Positions 19,171 to 28,331 of a DNA stretch of 64,000 nt are shown here, piece by piece. The notes under the pieces were generated by a model. It was not told where the DNA came from. It was given only the letters and a program-made list of their open reading frames with translations, and did no database searches. Origin of the DNA: a virus. A program made the position numbers and the translations under genes. Position 1 is the first letter of the stretch, and every line of letters begins with the position of its first letter. The stretch spans positions 70,297-134,296 of IMG/VR virus record IMGVR_UViG_3300016665_000824; one strand, written 5' to 3'.

Positions 19171-19701
19171 ATGCTCTCAAGCGAAGAATACATACGCGAC
19201 AGACAAGACTTCGGTTGCTGGGAAGCCCGTATATTTTACTCCCCAGAATTAGATGCCGTTGTTGCGGCAGGTTTTATGGATGGGTTGATCTTCAACAAGG
19301 AAGAACTCTTCCAGCTAGGCTCATTACTCCTTGATGCCTCAATTAACGTTTCGGGTAAAGACATCTGCCACCTCAATAATCGGACATCGGCGAGAGGTCG
19401 TTCTGACAAGGATTTTTGGCTACAGCGCAAGAATAGATCTGGACTCGTGTATCTAATCAAGGCGATCGGGACTAACTACTACAAAATTGGTAGAACAAAA
19501 GATATTGAGACTAGATTAGAGACCCTGCAAAAGTCATCTCCATTCGACCTCTCGCTGATTCTTGCCATAGAAACATCAGACTCTTTGGCTCTAGAGAGGT
19601 ACTTCCACGATAAGTACAATGATTGTCGAGTTAGGGGTGAGTGGTTTGAGCTAGATGAGTATGCGATCGCTGAATTTATGAGCTACGAGGAGGTCGCGTG
19701 A
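19171..19701 (+). CDS. T5orf172-domain protein (GIY-YIG-like nuclease fold)
   Basis: C-terminal GLVYLIKAIGTNYYKIGRTKDIETRLETLQ ... ERYFHDKY...GEWFEL matches the T5orf172 pattern; start set at first ATG (ORF track starts at GTG 19102). Confidence 0.55.
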   Translation: MLSSEEYIRDRQDFGCWEARIFYSPELDAVVAAGFMDGLIFNKEELFQLGSLLLDASINVSGKDICHLNNRTSARGRSDKDFWLQRKNRSGLVYLIKAIGTNYYKIGRTKDIETRLETLQKSSPFDLSLILAIETSDSLALERYFHDKYNDCRVRGEWFELDEYAIAEFMSYEEVA

Positions 19702-20924
19702 TGAAAGGATACGAACAGACCTGCCCCAAAGTCGAAGCGATCGGGCAAATCAACTTTCACGGCGACGGTGTTTTTACGCCAAACAACTGGTATCACAACA
19801 TCTGTCACAAGAACGGTAAACCCTATCTCGAAGCAATAATTCTTCTTGCGGATATTGTTTCTTGGTATTTGCCCATCTACGAAAGAGATGAAGTCACTGG
19901 CAAGACGATTGGGGTCAGGAAAAAATTCAAGGCAGACAAACTCCAGCGAAACTACGACTCTTTTGCGGACCATTATGGCATGACCAAAGATCAAGCTAGA
20001 AATGCTCTGAAACACCTAGAAAGAGACGGACTCATAGACCTAGAGCTAAGAACAGTCGAAACTTCAGTACAAAAGCTTGGAAATGTTTTGTTTATCGGTG
20101 TTTACCCAGAAAAAATCAAGGATTACACTTTCACCCTCTCGCCAAAAGAACAGACCCCTGTGCTCACAGAAACCGATAGGGGTATCGACAGAAAAGCAGA
20201 GGGGTCTGCACAGAAACAGACAGCACTCCCCACAGAAGCCCAGACAAATACAGATCAATCTACAGATCTTTCTACTGATCAATCTACTAAAAATATAAGA
20301 GCGGATGAATTTTTTGCGATCGCTCCTTCGTCGCAAATCCAAGAAAATTCTTTTCCCGCACAAACAGAAAATCCGAGAATTGAAGAAACCCCAACACCCC
20401 CTACCCCCTCTTCCCCTTCCGCGCCCGAAAATATCGGCAAGGCGATCGCGCCCTCGGTAGCCACCTCAAAACAGGCAGAAGCGTATATGCAGTTTGAGCA
20501 GCGCTTTAGCCAACCAAAACCTCAAAACCGCCACGTACCCAAACTGCTTGTGGAGGCTGGCTATGCAGAATGGCACAACGGCAAACACCCGAACGACTGG
20601 CGCAAATCCTTGATAGATGTTTGCATCCAAAGGAAGAAAAAGCGTGGCGATGAAGCGACTGTAGGTGCAGCCACCGACTTTATTTTTAACGTAATGAAAG
20701 ACTGTATTTCCCTCGGATTCTGGGGTAAGTTCCAAGAGCTTGTTGATCAAGCCCTAAAGCTCGAAGCCGTCGAAGCGATCGCCGCACAACAAAAACAAAT
20801 TGAAGATCAGCGATTCGAGCAACAGCCAGTTGAATCTAACGCCCCCACAATGACTCTTGAACTTCGCAAGCAATATGCTGCCGAATTGAGACGTAAAGCC
20901 AACAACATGAGACTAATTGCTTAA
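19701..20924 (+). CDS. candidate replication initiation / helicase-loader protein
   Basis: 408 aa immediately upstream of and coupled to dnaB (TGATG overlap with previous stop); winged-helix-like N-terminus, low-complexity linker; function inferred from position only. Confidence 0.3.
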   Translation: MKGYEQTCPKVEAIGQINFHGDGVFTPNNWYHNICHKNGKPYLEAIILLADIVSWYLPIYERDEVTGKTIGVRKKFKADKLQRNYDSFADHYGMTKDQARNALKHLERDGLIDLELRTVETSVQKLGNVLFIGVYPEKIKDYTFTLSPKEQTPVLTETDRGIDRKAEGSAQKQTALPTEAQTNTDQSTDLSTDQSTKNIRADEFFAIAPSSQIQENSFPAQTENPRIEETPTPPTPSSPSAPENIGKAIAPSVATSKQAEAYMQFEQRFSQPKPQNRHVPKLLVEAGYAEWHNGKHPNDWRKSLIDVCIQRKKKRGDEATVGAATDFIFNVMKDCISLGFWGKFQELVDQALKLEAVEAIAAQQKQIEDQRFEQQPVESNAPTMTLELRKQYAAELRRKANNMRLIA

Positions 20925-20928
20925 AACT

Positions 20929-22656
20929 ATGAAAGACCCACAACAGATCCAAAGACTCAACGCTCAGATCGAACCTAGCAACGTTGAAGCCGAACAAACG
21001 ATCATTGCGGGGGTTTTTGAAGGTGGAAGCCTTCTTAGCCTAGTCGCCGACGCAATCACACCTGAGATGTTTTTTTCGAGCCTTCTAGGGGCATTTTTTA
21101 GGGCATCGTTGTTTTTGAGAAATAGCGATCGCGACATAAACACCCTAACCTTAGCCGCCGCGCTACAGGAGATGGGTTTTAAAGACTTTTACGGCTTTGA
21201 CAGTATCTCGGCGCTAGTCCACAACACCTATGCCGACATTATGGGCAGCACGTATATTCAAAGTCCAGCCCACTACGAATCTGCCGCCGCCCTAATCCGT
21301 GAAGCCTCCGTAAGGCGAGACCTGATTAAAGCTGGCAGAGCAGCGATCGCCGCAGCCTACGATCAAGAAATATCTGTGCTTGATGCCTGTACTAAAGCTC
21401 AAGATTTGATTGGGGATGCTATGACATCATCTCAGGTTCGTAGTACCGTGTTTGAGGTTGGTACAACCTACACAAACATGTGTGCGGAACTTCTCGATCC
21501 TCAAATTGGAGAGTTCAATCCCGTAATCCCCAGTGGTTATGCGGCGTGGGATGAAATGCTTGAAGGTGGTTTTCGGGGTGCTGAACTCGCGGTTATTGGT
21601 GGAGACTCGGCGATCGGTAAGTCGATGCTCTTGTTTGGTGCGGCATGGAATATGGCGAAATTCCTTTCGGATCAAGGTAGGGTGGGTTATATCGGCTCGA
21701 TGGAAATGTCCACTCGTAGCGTTGTGCATCGCTGGATTGCTTCCGAAGCGCAAGTGGCTTTATCTCGGATGCGTCGCCGAGAATTAAGCGAAGCCGATTG
21801 CGAAAGGATTATGAAGGCATCTAGCGCTGGCGAAATGTTGAATAACCTTGTAATTGACGAGGACAACAAGGCTACTATCCCCCAAATGCTTAACCGAGCC
21901 AAAGAATTTGCACGTAAACATGCTAGAAAATATGGCGGTAGCGGCGAGCTTGGCTTTATGGTTATCGACAACATCAAGATCGCCGAAAAAGGTGGTGACG
22001 ATTTCAACTTGGTTAACCGATACCTCAAAGATCTCAAGGGGATTGCAAAGGATTACAACATCCCGATAATCTCTTTGTCTCAGCTAACTAGAGAATCCCT
22101 GTTAAAAAGTTCTGACAAACGCCCTACTGTTGAGGGGTTGTATGGCGGCAAAGCGATTGAAGAAAATGCTGACGACATTTTTGGCTTGTATCGAGGTGTT
22201 AAGTACGACGATTTCTCTATCCCCACAAACCGAGCTGAGATTATTCGTCTGAAAGGTCGAAACTCAGACCAGTCAAAGGAAAATAGAACGATTTTGCTTG
22301 GCTTCAATGGCGCTCTTTCTACTTTTTACGACCTTGGCGAACCAAAACTAGCCCAAAAATCGGAGCAAAAACAAGCGATCGCCACACCAGTCACCGAAGA
22401 CATTAACTACTTCGGCGATCTCGAAGATGGATGTCAAGTTGTTCTGGATATTTCCTACTCAACACCTGAAGAAAAATCGGAGATCAGCGATCGTATCAAC
22501 GCAAAGCAGCTACCAAAGCCCAATGAAGTCTGTGGAGTAACCCGCCTAAGCGTTTGCGAAACTCCTGAAGTAGGTAAATTTGGGGTTGCCCACCTAATAC
22601 TGCCCGACAACTCCGAAATGAAGGTTGCAGTAGACGAATTGCGCCGAGTCAGTTAG
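20929..22656 (+). CDS. dnaB: replicative DNA helicase DnaB
   Basis: DnaB-like N-terminal domain (NVEAEQTIIAGVF), Walker A GGDSAIGKS, RecA-like core; start set at ATG 20929 (ORF track TTG 20917). Confidence 0.75.
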   Translation: MKDPQQIQRLNAQIEPSNVEAEQTIIAGVFEGGSLLSLVADAITPEMFFSSLLGAFFRASLFLRNSDRDINTLTLAAALQEMGFKDFYGFDSISALVHNTYADIMGSTYIQSPAHYESAAALIREASVRRDLIKAGRAAIAAAYDQEISVLDACTKAQDLIGDAMTSSQVRSTVFEVGTTYTNMCAELLDPQIGEFNPVIPSGYAAWDEMLEGGFRGAELAVIGGDSAIGKSMLLFGAAWNMAKFLSDQGRVGYIGSMEMSTRSVVHRWIASEAQVALSRMRRRELSEADCERIMKASSAGEMLNNLVIDEDNKATIPQMLNRAKEFARKHARKYGGSGELGFMVIDNIKIAEKGGDDFNLVNRYLKDLKGIAKDYNIPIISLSQLTRESLLKSSDKRPTVEGLYGGKAIEENADDIFGLYRGVKYDDFSIPTNRAEIIRLKGRNSDQSKENRTILLGFNGALSTFYDLGEPKLAQKSEQKQAIATPVTEDINYFGDLEDGCQVVLDISYSTPEEKSEISDRINAKQLPKPNEVCGVTRLSVCETPEVGKFGVAHLILPDNSEMKVAVDELRRVS

Positions 22657-22681
22657 TAAAAAGCCCACGAGACCCATTCTT

Positions 22682-23263
22682 GTGGGCAAAAACACACAAA
22701 ATTACAACAAAACTATGCAAGAAGAAATCTCACAACAGGAAATCGCTGCGATCGCAGCCGCAAAACTGAAAAGAATGCAGCGATCGCAACAACAAGAGCC
22801 GATAACGAAGGTCGAGCCAAAAACTCCAAGTCCCGCACCAGCAAAACAGTCAAAATCAGCAACAAACAGCTACTGGAACAAACCTCAAAGCAGCATCGAC
22901 ATCGTGAAAAACCCCAAGCACGTTGCCGATATTTACACCATGACCCCGTGGATACCCCAGCCACAGGTAGATGATATCTGCGCGATCGCCGAAAGACCCT
23001 ACGGCGACTGGATAGACCTCGAAGCGCAGCATATCGAAGGCAAGTGGGATAGGCAAAGATTCATTGAGTCAGCCTATAACTGGCCTTTCCGCGCCAAGAT
23101 GCGATGTGTTGAAATTTCTGAGGACGGACTGATGGCAACAGTATCCGTCTCAGGAGTCCGCAAACGATTACCACTAGTGTGTTTATGGGAGATGAATGAA
23201 ATAGTTGACACTATGACTAATAGTGAGTATGATGAATCTTGGTTTCAGGTAAGACAATTATGA
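22682..23263 (+). CDS. hypothetical protein
   Basis: 193-aa ORF; its 3' end contains an internal promoter-like element. Confidence 0.4.
   Translation: MGKNTQNYNKTMQEEISQQEIAAIAAAKLKRMQRSQQQEPITKVEPKTPSPAPAKQSKSATNSYWNKPQSSIDIVKNPKHVADIYTMTPWIPQPQVDDICAIAERPYGDWIDLEAQHIEGKWDRQRFIESAYNWPFRAKMRCVEISEDGLMATVSVSGVRKRLPLVCLWEMNEIVDTMTNSEYDESWFQVRQL
23205..23233 (+). promoter_or_regulatory. sigma70-type promoter (TTGACA-N17-TATGAT)
   Basis: Canonical -35 and -10 hexamers with 17-nt spacer about 27 nt upstream of ATG 23260. Confidence 0.45.
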
Positions 23264-23574
23264 CAAAGACTTTAATCTGTAGAGAGATTAAGTGCCTGTA
23301 TTTCGACGTTTCAGACCCAATGAGTTCTGGTTGTAAATTCTACGAAAGCGCTCGTCAATGTCACCTACTGTCTGGGATGCTTTCTACTGAAAAGACAGCA
23401 CTGGCGACTGACTACGAAATAATTGCTGAAGATTTGTATACGGCTGAAGACCTGATCAGGGTTGAAAACGATTTTTACATTAAATGTTCTGAAAAGTATT
23501 TACGCGATTGTGAGCTTCAGGGGCTTACACCTGAACCCGTAAGAGAAAATGTTCGAGCATGGTTTCGTAGATGA
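23260..23574 (+). CDS. hypothetical Cys-containing protein
   Basis: ORF 23239..23574; start at ATG 23260 downstream of promoter. Confidence 0.4.
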   Translation: MTKTLICREIKCLYFDVSDPMSSGCKFYESARQCHLLSGMLSTEKTALATDYEIIAEDLYTAEDLIRVENDFYIKCSEKYLRDCELQGLTPEPVRENVRAWFRR

Positions 23575-23661
23575 CTCCAGCAACTAAAGCAAGATTCACA
23601 AATAGGCGATCGCCTTCTCTGCCTCGTTTTTTAACATTTTGTGGCAGTTAAAAGAAAATGT

Positions 23662-23690
23662 TTGACAGTATGCCTAGTAGTGTGTATGAT
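23662..23690 (+). promoter_or_regulatory. sigma70-type promoter (TTGACA-N17-TATGAT), second copy
   Basis: Same hexamers and spacing as 23205-23233; about 80% identical 50-bp context; 26 nt upstream of ATG 23716. Confidence 0.45.
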
Positions 23691-23715
23691 GGTATTTAGT
23701 TTCAGGTAAAACAAT

Positions 23716-24234
23716 ATGACGAATAGCTTGGCTGTGACCTACCAATCGCTCCCACAGAAAGAACAGCTTGAGATACTAGCAGGAGTATCACACCTTATGA
23801 TAAAGGTAATGGCAGGTAAAATCCCAACAACAGAAGAGATGGACTTGGCTTCAAAAGCCCAGACCCATCCAAGCCTATTTTTAAAATGCTTCTCTGCCGA
23901 ACTTATGGGAGAGGAGTGGAGACCAAAGCTATTGCCTCAAGGCGGAGAAGGGTATATTATTCGCTGGAAATCCGATGAATACGAAGAGGTAGAGACCGAC
24001 TCCTATCCCTTTAAAAAGAGGGTTTACAAAGAAGAGGGCAATGGACTTGAAATCCAAAGCTACGAGCAGGCGATCGCCAATTGTGAATTTCTAAATAAGC
24101 AATACCCAGAGAGGACTTACTGGCACTTCTGGGTAAACCAAGACATCCTCAACAACGCAGAAAGCGAGGGTCTTCAACTCATAGACACTGTTGCTCAGCA
24201 TCTCTTTGAGGCTCTATCACAGGCTCATGGTTAG
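23716..24234 (+). CDS. hypothetical protein
   Basis: 172-aa ORF downstream of promoter copy 2. Confidence 0.4.
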   Translation: MTNSLAVTYQSLPQKEQLEILAGVSHLMIKVMAGKIPTTEEMDLASKAQTHPSLFLKCFSAELMGEEWRPKLLPQGGEGYIIRWKSDEYEEVETDSYPFKKRVYKEEGNGLEIQSYEQAIANCEFLNKQYPERTYWHFWVNQDILNNAESEGLQLIDTVAQHLFEALSQAHG

Positions 24235-24237
24235 TTT

Positions 24238-24528
24238 ATGACCCCAGAAACTAGAGCGCGATTCAAAGAATGGGCGATCGCCTACTGGAAGAAAAATCCA
24301 AAGTTACTGAAGCCACCCGATGACTTTCTCACGCAAGGACAGCAGTTGGCGATCGCTATCTACCATGCCATTCCCGCCGATGGGAAGTTTATTAAAGCTG
24401 ATGCGATCGCTACTAAGCTCAAACGCAAAACCAGACAAATAGAAGAGATTCTGGGGCTAATCAAAGAGCCGTGGCATCTCAAGTCAAGTAAAAACAACAA
24501 GGAAGGAGGATATACGAGAAATGAGTGA
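24238..24528 (+). CDS. hypothetical protein
   Basis: 96-aa ORF. Confidence 0.35.
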   Translation: MTPETRARFKEWAIAYWKKNPKLLKPPDDFLTQGQQLAIAIYHAIPADGKFIKADAIATKLKRKTRQIEEILGLIKEPWHLKSSKNNKEGGYTRNE

Positions 24529-24793
24529 CACAGTTGGTTTGATTTTTGGTAAGGAAGATAGCAGGACAGAGCAGGAAATCTCTGAGCTTGCGGAGGTCGT
24601 AAAAGCGGCTGGAATTAAGAGAAACCCTGCCATGTTTGCAAGATTTATTTACACACTCGACAAGACAAAAACCTGTCACCCGTCGATTGACCGTGAAGCC
24701 TTTCTGCTAACACTTCAAGAAGTATGGGAAGAGAAGGGACTCCAAGGACTTTCTCTCGCTGAAGAAATATATCAAAGAGGTTTTACAAGATGA
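24521..24793 (+). CDS. hypothetical protein
   Basis: 90-aa ORF. Confidence 0.35.
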   Translation: MSDTVGLIFGKEDSRTEQEISELAEVVKAAGIKRNPAMFARFIYTLDKTKTCHPSIDREAFLLTLQEVWEEKGLQGLSLAEEIYQRGFTR

Positions 24794-25527
24794 TTGAAAG
24801 GCAAGTTAAACTGCTGGTTCTAGACAAAGACGGTACACTCGTTCGCCCCAAATCTGGCAATACCTTCGTCCAGCACCCCGAAGATCAGGAGCTAATCGAA
24901 GGAGTGGCTGAAGCTATTCAGAGGTATGTTGCTGATGGATGGCAGTTGGCGATCGCGTCAAATCAGGGTGGATGCGAAGTGCGATGGTGTCACCCCGCCG
25001 AATTACCTGTAGGTAGTTACTGCAATGTAGATAACATTGCCATCAAGGTTGAATACCTTCAAGACACTGGTGAGTTTATACTCGTAAATGGGCATCACCC
25101 ACTACCAAAAACTAGGTTTGCGAAGTTCCAATACAAGACTCTCGGCATAGCGATCGCAGAGATGCAGTATGCGATGAAGCTGATCGGCATTCAGTATCAT
25201 GGTCTATTCTGTCCAGACATGCAAGGGAATGAATGCTACATGACTTCGGACTTTGCTGCTCCGCCATTACACAAGGTTGATAGATACAAACACTTAATAG
25301 GCTCGTTCCGTAAGCCCAGTGGTGGAATGTTGCTAGCATTAAAGCAGCACTTTGAAACACATCTTGATGATGTTGATCGGCTGCTCATGATCGGCGATCG
25401 TCCCGAAGATTTGGGATCGGCTCAAGCCGCAGGATTCGATTTTGTGTGGGCAGAAGACTGGCGAAATAACGAACTAGACAAAGTTCTGCCCTACAGGAGC
25501 GAAGAATGGATCGCTCTGAACTCCTAA
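24790..25527 (+). CDS. HAD-superfamily (subfamily IIIA-like) phosphatase
   Basis: Motif I LDKDGTL, motif II ASNQGG, conserved Lys in FRKPSGGML, motif IV MIGDRPED; same fold as polynucleotide 3'-phosphatases and GmhB. Confidence 0.6.
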   Translation: MIERQVKLLVLDKDGTLVRPKSGNTFVQHPEDQELIEGVAEAIQRYVADGWQLAIASNQGGCEVRWCHPAELPVGSYCNVDNIAIKVEYLQDTGEFILVNGHHPLPKTRFAKFQYKTLGIAIAEMQYAMKLIGIQYHGLFCPDMQGNECYMTSDFAAPPLHKVDRYKHLIGSFRKPSGGMLLALKQHFETHLDDVDRLLMIGDRPEDLGSAQAAGFDFVWAEDWRNNELDKVLPYRSEEWIALNS

Positions 25528-25805
25528 CTCGCATCCAAGTCCAGCGAATGTGGCTAGAGGACATCCGTGGCAAGTCTCTAGCTCCTCAGTTGGAGATTTG
25601 GAAGAACAAATACCTTGCCGCAAATAATCTCACGCATCTGGATGCTCAGGGGCTGGAGCAACTGCTTAAGGCTCTTGAGTCTATGACTAAGGCTACGGTG
25701 AGTAACGCCGAGGAATTGGATAGTCAGATGCGCGAGAGGATTAAGAGTGGCGACTACTCGATTCGATTTGTTGAAAAGATTGTTGAAGATGATGAATATT
25801 TTTAG
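25506..25805 (+). CDS. hypothetical protein
   Basis: 99-aa ORF; 3' end carries 29-bp repeat R1. Confidence 0.35.
   Translation: MDRSELLTRIQVQRMWLEDIRGKSLAPQLEIWKNKYLAANNLTHLDAQGLEQLLKALESMTKATVSNAEELDSQMRERIKSGDYSIRFVEKIVEDDEYF
25776..25804. repeat. 29-bp direct repeat R1 copy a (aagattgttgaagatgatgaatattttta)
   Basis: Identical copy at 26321-26349. Confidence 0.7.
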
Positions 25806-25824
25806 GAGGAGGTAAACCCCAACC

Positions 25825-26040
25825 ATGCGAAACGCCTACTTAACACTTTTTGTGATCAACACCCGTTCAGGACTCGCAGTTAATTATTCAATCAATACCG
25901 CAGCCGACCAGAAGGAGGCTAGAGCCGATGCTCTACTACTCATCGATGAGAGATATCGAGGTCAAAATATTCAGGTTCTAGAAACATCTATTATTCCAAA
26001 CGAAGTTATCGATCAGGTTTATGAGTCTCGACACGAGTAA
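25825..26040 (+). CDS. hypothetical protein
   Basis: 71-aa ORF. Confidence 0.35.
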   Translation: MRNAYLTLFVINTRSGLAVNYSINTAADQKEARADALLLIDERYRGQNIQVLETSIIPNEVIDQVYESRHE

Positions 26041-26059
26041 ACTCGATCGCCACTTTTTC

Positions 26060-26088
26060 AGATCTGAATTACCACAAAAGCACAATGA
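26060..26088. repeat. 29-bp direct repeat R2 copy a (agatctgaattaccacaaaagcacaatga)
   Basis: Identical copy at 26801-26829; both include a start codon. Confidence 0.7.
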
Positions 26089-26318
26089 TTTTAGAGGCCT
26101 ATTATGAAACGTGGGTATCTCGCCCCATTCAAAAGAGAGCTAAAGGTCGAGCCACCTATAGTAAGCCGCAGTGGGAGCATACCTCAGACACAGAAGAAGA
26201 GGCGATCGCTCACAACAAGATGCTTTCGGCTTACTACCCCGACTGGAAGATTGAAATCAGGGCTGTCGAACAAAAACGAGAATACTGGGATGTCAAGACT
26301 GCGGCAGTTCGAGATTAA
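26085..26318 (+). CDS. hypothetical protein
   Basis: 77-aa ORF starting inside R2 copy a. Confidence 0.35.
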   Translation: MILEAYYETWVSRPIQKRAKGRATYSKPQWEHTSDTEEEAIAHNKMLSAYYPDWKIEIRAVEQKREYWDVKTAAVRD

Positions 26319-26320
26319 AG

Positions 26321-26349
26321 AAGATTGTTGAAGATGATGAATATTTTTA
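26321..26349. repeat. 29-bp direct repeat R1 copy b
   Basis: Identical to 25776-25804. Confidence 0.7.
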
Positions 26350-26359
26350 AGAGGTTAAT

Positions 26360-26851
26360 ATGGCAAGTGTCAAGCATTATTTAAGTTGCCCAGCTAAGCC
26401 CTACGAAGAAGGGATACCCTTATACTCCGATCGCCTGAGAGAATGGTTTCACGATATCGGTGATGTCTGGGAATACTACGAAGATCAGATCGGAGAAGAT
26501 GAGGATATTGATCTTGAATGGGCGGAAGCCAAGCAATCGCCTCAAGGTATTTGTGAAATGGCTCGTCTTTTCTTAGGTAGACCAGTTTATTTGCCGTGGG
26601 CTGAGATTCCTGAATTTGATCTACCTGATGGTGTTGACGATATCTCGGAAATACTGCCGCCAAGCCACGAGATCAACATAAAACTTGCCGAGTTAAACAA
26701 GCTTATCGAAGAAACAAAGCTGGTTGTTTGCTACGAGGAGTCTAGCTACCGCCCAGATCCAGAAACCTTGGACTTTAAGTGCGCGATCGTCGCTTTTTTT
26801 AGATCTGAATTACCACAAAAGCACAATGAAAGCTCGACAGTTCGAGATTAA
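26360..26851 (+). CDS. hypothetical acidic protein
   Basis: 163-aa ORF; 3' end runs through R2 copy b. Confidence 0.35.
   Translation: MASVKHYLSCPAKPYEEGIPLYSDRLREWFHDIGDVWEYYEDQIGEDEDIDLEWAEAKQSPQGICEMARLFLGRPVYLPWAEIPEFDLPDGVDDISEILPPSHEINIKLAELNKLIEETKLVVCYEESSYRPDPETLDFKCAIVAFFRSELPQKHNESSTVRD
26801..26829. repeat. 29-bp direct repeat R2 copy b
   Basis: Identical to 26060-26088. Confidence 0.7.
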
Positions 26852-27080
26852 ATTTAGAAACCATCCAGAGTGCGATCGCCTAGTCGAAGCCACCAGTCAT
26901 GCCAAAGCCAAGATGAAGCTCGCCTACGAGTTGGTTGAGGCGGGAGTATTTAATACTTTTGGAGAGGCTTTACTGGCGATCGCCACCTGCCGAGTCTTAC
27001 AGCCAATGAAGCGAGGGAAACCCGAAGGGTGGTATCGGGTGAACCCTAAACGAAAAACAACAAGGAACAAAAAGCAGTGA
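26826..27080 (+). CDS. hypothetical basic protein
   Basis: ORF 26724..27080; start moved to ATG 26826 inside R2 copy b (MKARQFEIKF...). Confidence 0.35.
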   Translation: MKARQFEIKFRNHPECDRLVEATSHAKAKMKLAYELVEAGVFNTFGEALLAIATCRVLQPMKRGKPEGWYRVNPKRKTTRNKKQ

Positions 27081-27643
27081 TTGACAAAACAAGATTAGAA
27101 ATAGCGAACAAGGTCTTAGCAGTACTCAGTGAGTCTTATCGTAAGACTGAGTTTGTAGTTAGCGATCGCAACCGACTTTACCTGAACTGGTTCGATTATT
27201 ACGGCAAGGCATATAGTCGTCCTTGGGCAACAAGATGTGGCTCGGCGTATCCAAGCTGGAGCGACAAACTGTCTTGCGGCGGCACGATGATGACGGCGAT
27301 CGCGCAGTTGGCTTTATGGGTTCGCGGATTGCCTTGCTACCCCATTCAGACTTGGGAGTATTGGTGCGGAGAGACGGTTGGAATGAGAGGTGGGGAGAAA
27401 ATTCTTCCACTCTTAAGGGACAGTGGCTGTTATCCCGATGGACTTAGTTGTGCTTTTTGTGGGGCTAGGGATGTCGAGAGGGATTGGTATTGGTTCTCGC
27501 CTCACCCTAAGCACTCTGGGTTTGGATGCCAGCGCCCAGAATGCCAGCCAATTATAGATCTTAGGAATAGTTTGGACGTAAAACAACAAAATCGCGTCAA
27601 AAGAATTTTATCCTCGCAACGTATCCCTGCTTCCGTAAAATAG
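27077..27643 (+). CDS. hypothetical Cys/Trp-rich protein
   Basis: 188 aa with many Cys and Trp (CGSAYPSW, CAFCG, CQRPEC); GTG start. Confidence 0.4.
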   Translation: MIDKTRLEIANKVLAVLSESYRKTEFVVSDRNRLYLNWFDYYGKAYSRPWATRCGSAYPSWSDKLSCGGTMMTAIAQLALWVRGLPCYPIQTWEYWCGETVGMRGGEKILPLLRDSGCYPDGLSCAFCGARDVERDWYWFSPHPKHSGFGCQRPECQPIIDLRNSLDVKQQNRVKRILSSQRIPASVK

Positions 27644-27790
27644 TTTGATCGGTAACGTAAATTTGTGGCAATATTAACAGAAGCGTTTCAAGAACAATGA
27701 ACAAACTAATTGCCTATCTGGTAAACAAAATCGAATCTGCTTACCACACTGCAAGATTCCTGCTATCTATACTTAAATTGGAGTTTCCCC

Positions 27791-28105
27791 ATGCTAGACC
27801 CCATAGAGCTACAGGTCAGTATTTTCGAGATGGAGTTCACGCAGGCGATCGCGCACCAATCCCTCCCAGAAGCAAGAAAGGCAGTAGCCGATTATTTGCA
27901 GCTACTGGAGCACAAGAAGGACTCGACAATCAGGCTGAGACCCCAAGTGACATCCTTGGTTTCTGGGCTGGAGACCCTCTCGATAGATTTACTAATTCAA
28001 TCAACCGAAAGTCGGGAGGAACTCAAGGCGATCGCGGTAAGGATTTGCAGGATGTTGCTGAAACTAAACACGCTGCTCAAGGAAGCGGTGAGCGGGATCT
28101 GCTAA
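27791..28105 (+). CDS. hypothetical helical protein
   Basis: 104-aa ORF; overlapping 212-aa ORF 27697..28335 in another frame looks non-coding through this stretch. Confidence 0.35.
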   Translation: MLDPIELQVSIFEMEFTQAIAHQSLPEARKAVADYLQLLEHKKDSTIRLRPQVTSLVSGLETLSIDLLIQSTESREELKAIAVRICRMLLKLNTLLKEAVSGIC

Positions 28106-28331
28106 CCCAGCAGGACATTATCCTAGACAAGATGCGTCGGAAGCAATCGGAATTTGAAGACTACTACGTTTTTAGCACTCACGACATAGTGACCCTATGT
28201 GAGGACAGTCATCTGGACTGGGACTTGGCTTTTGACCAGCTAATAGCTTTAAACAAGAGGAATCTAGTTGCTATAAATCCGACATATTGCGATCGCACAG
28301 GCAAATTTATCGGATTGTTGTGGGGTTTAAA

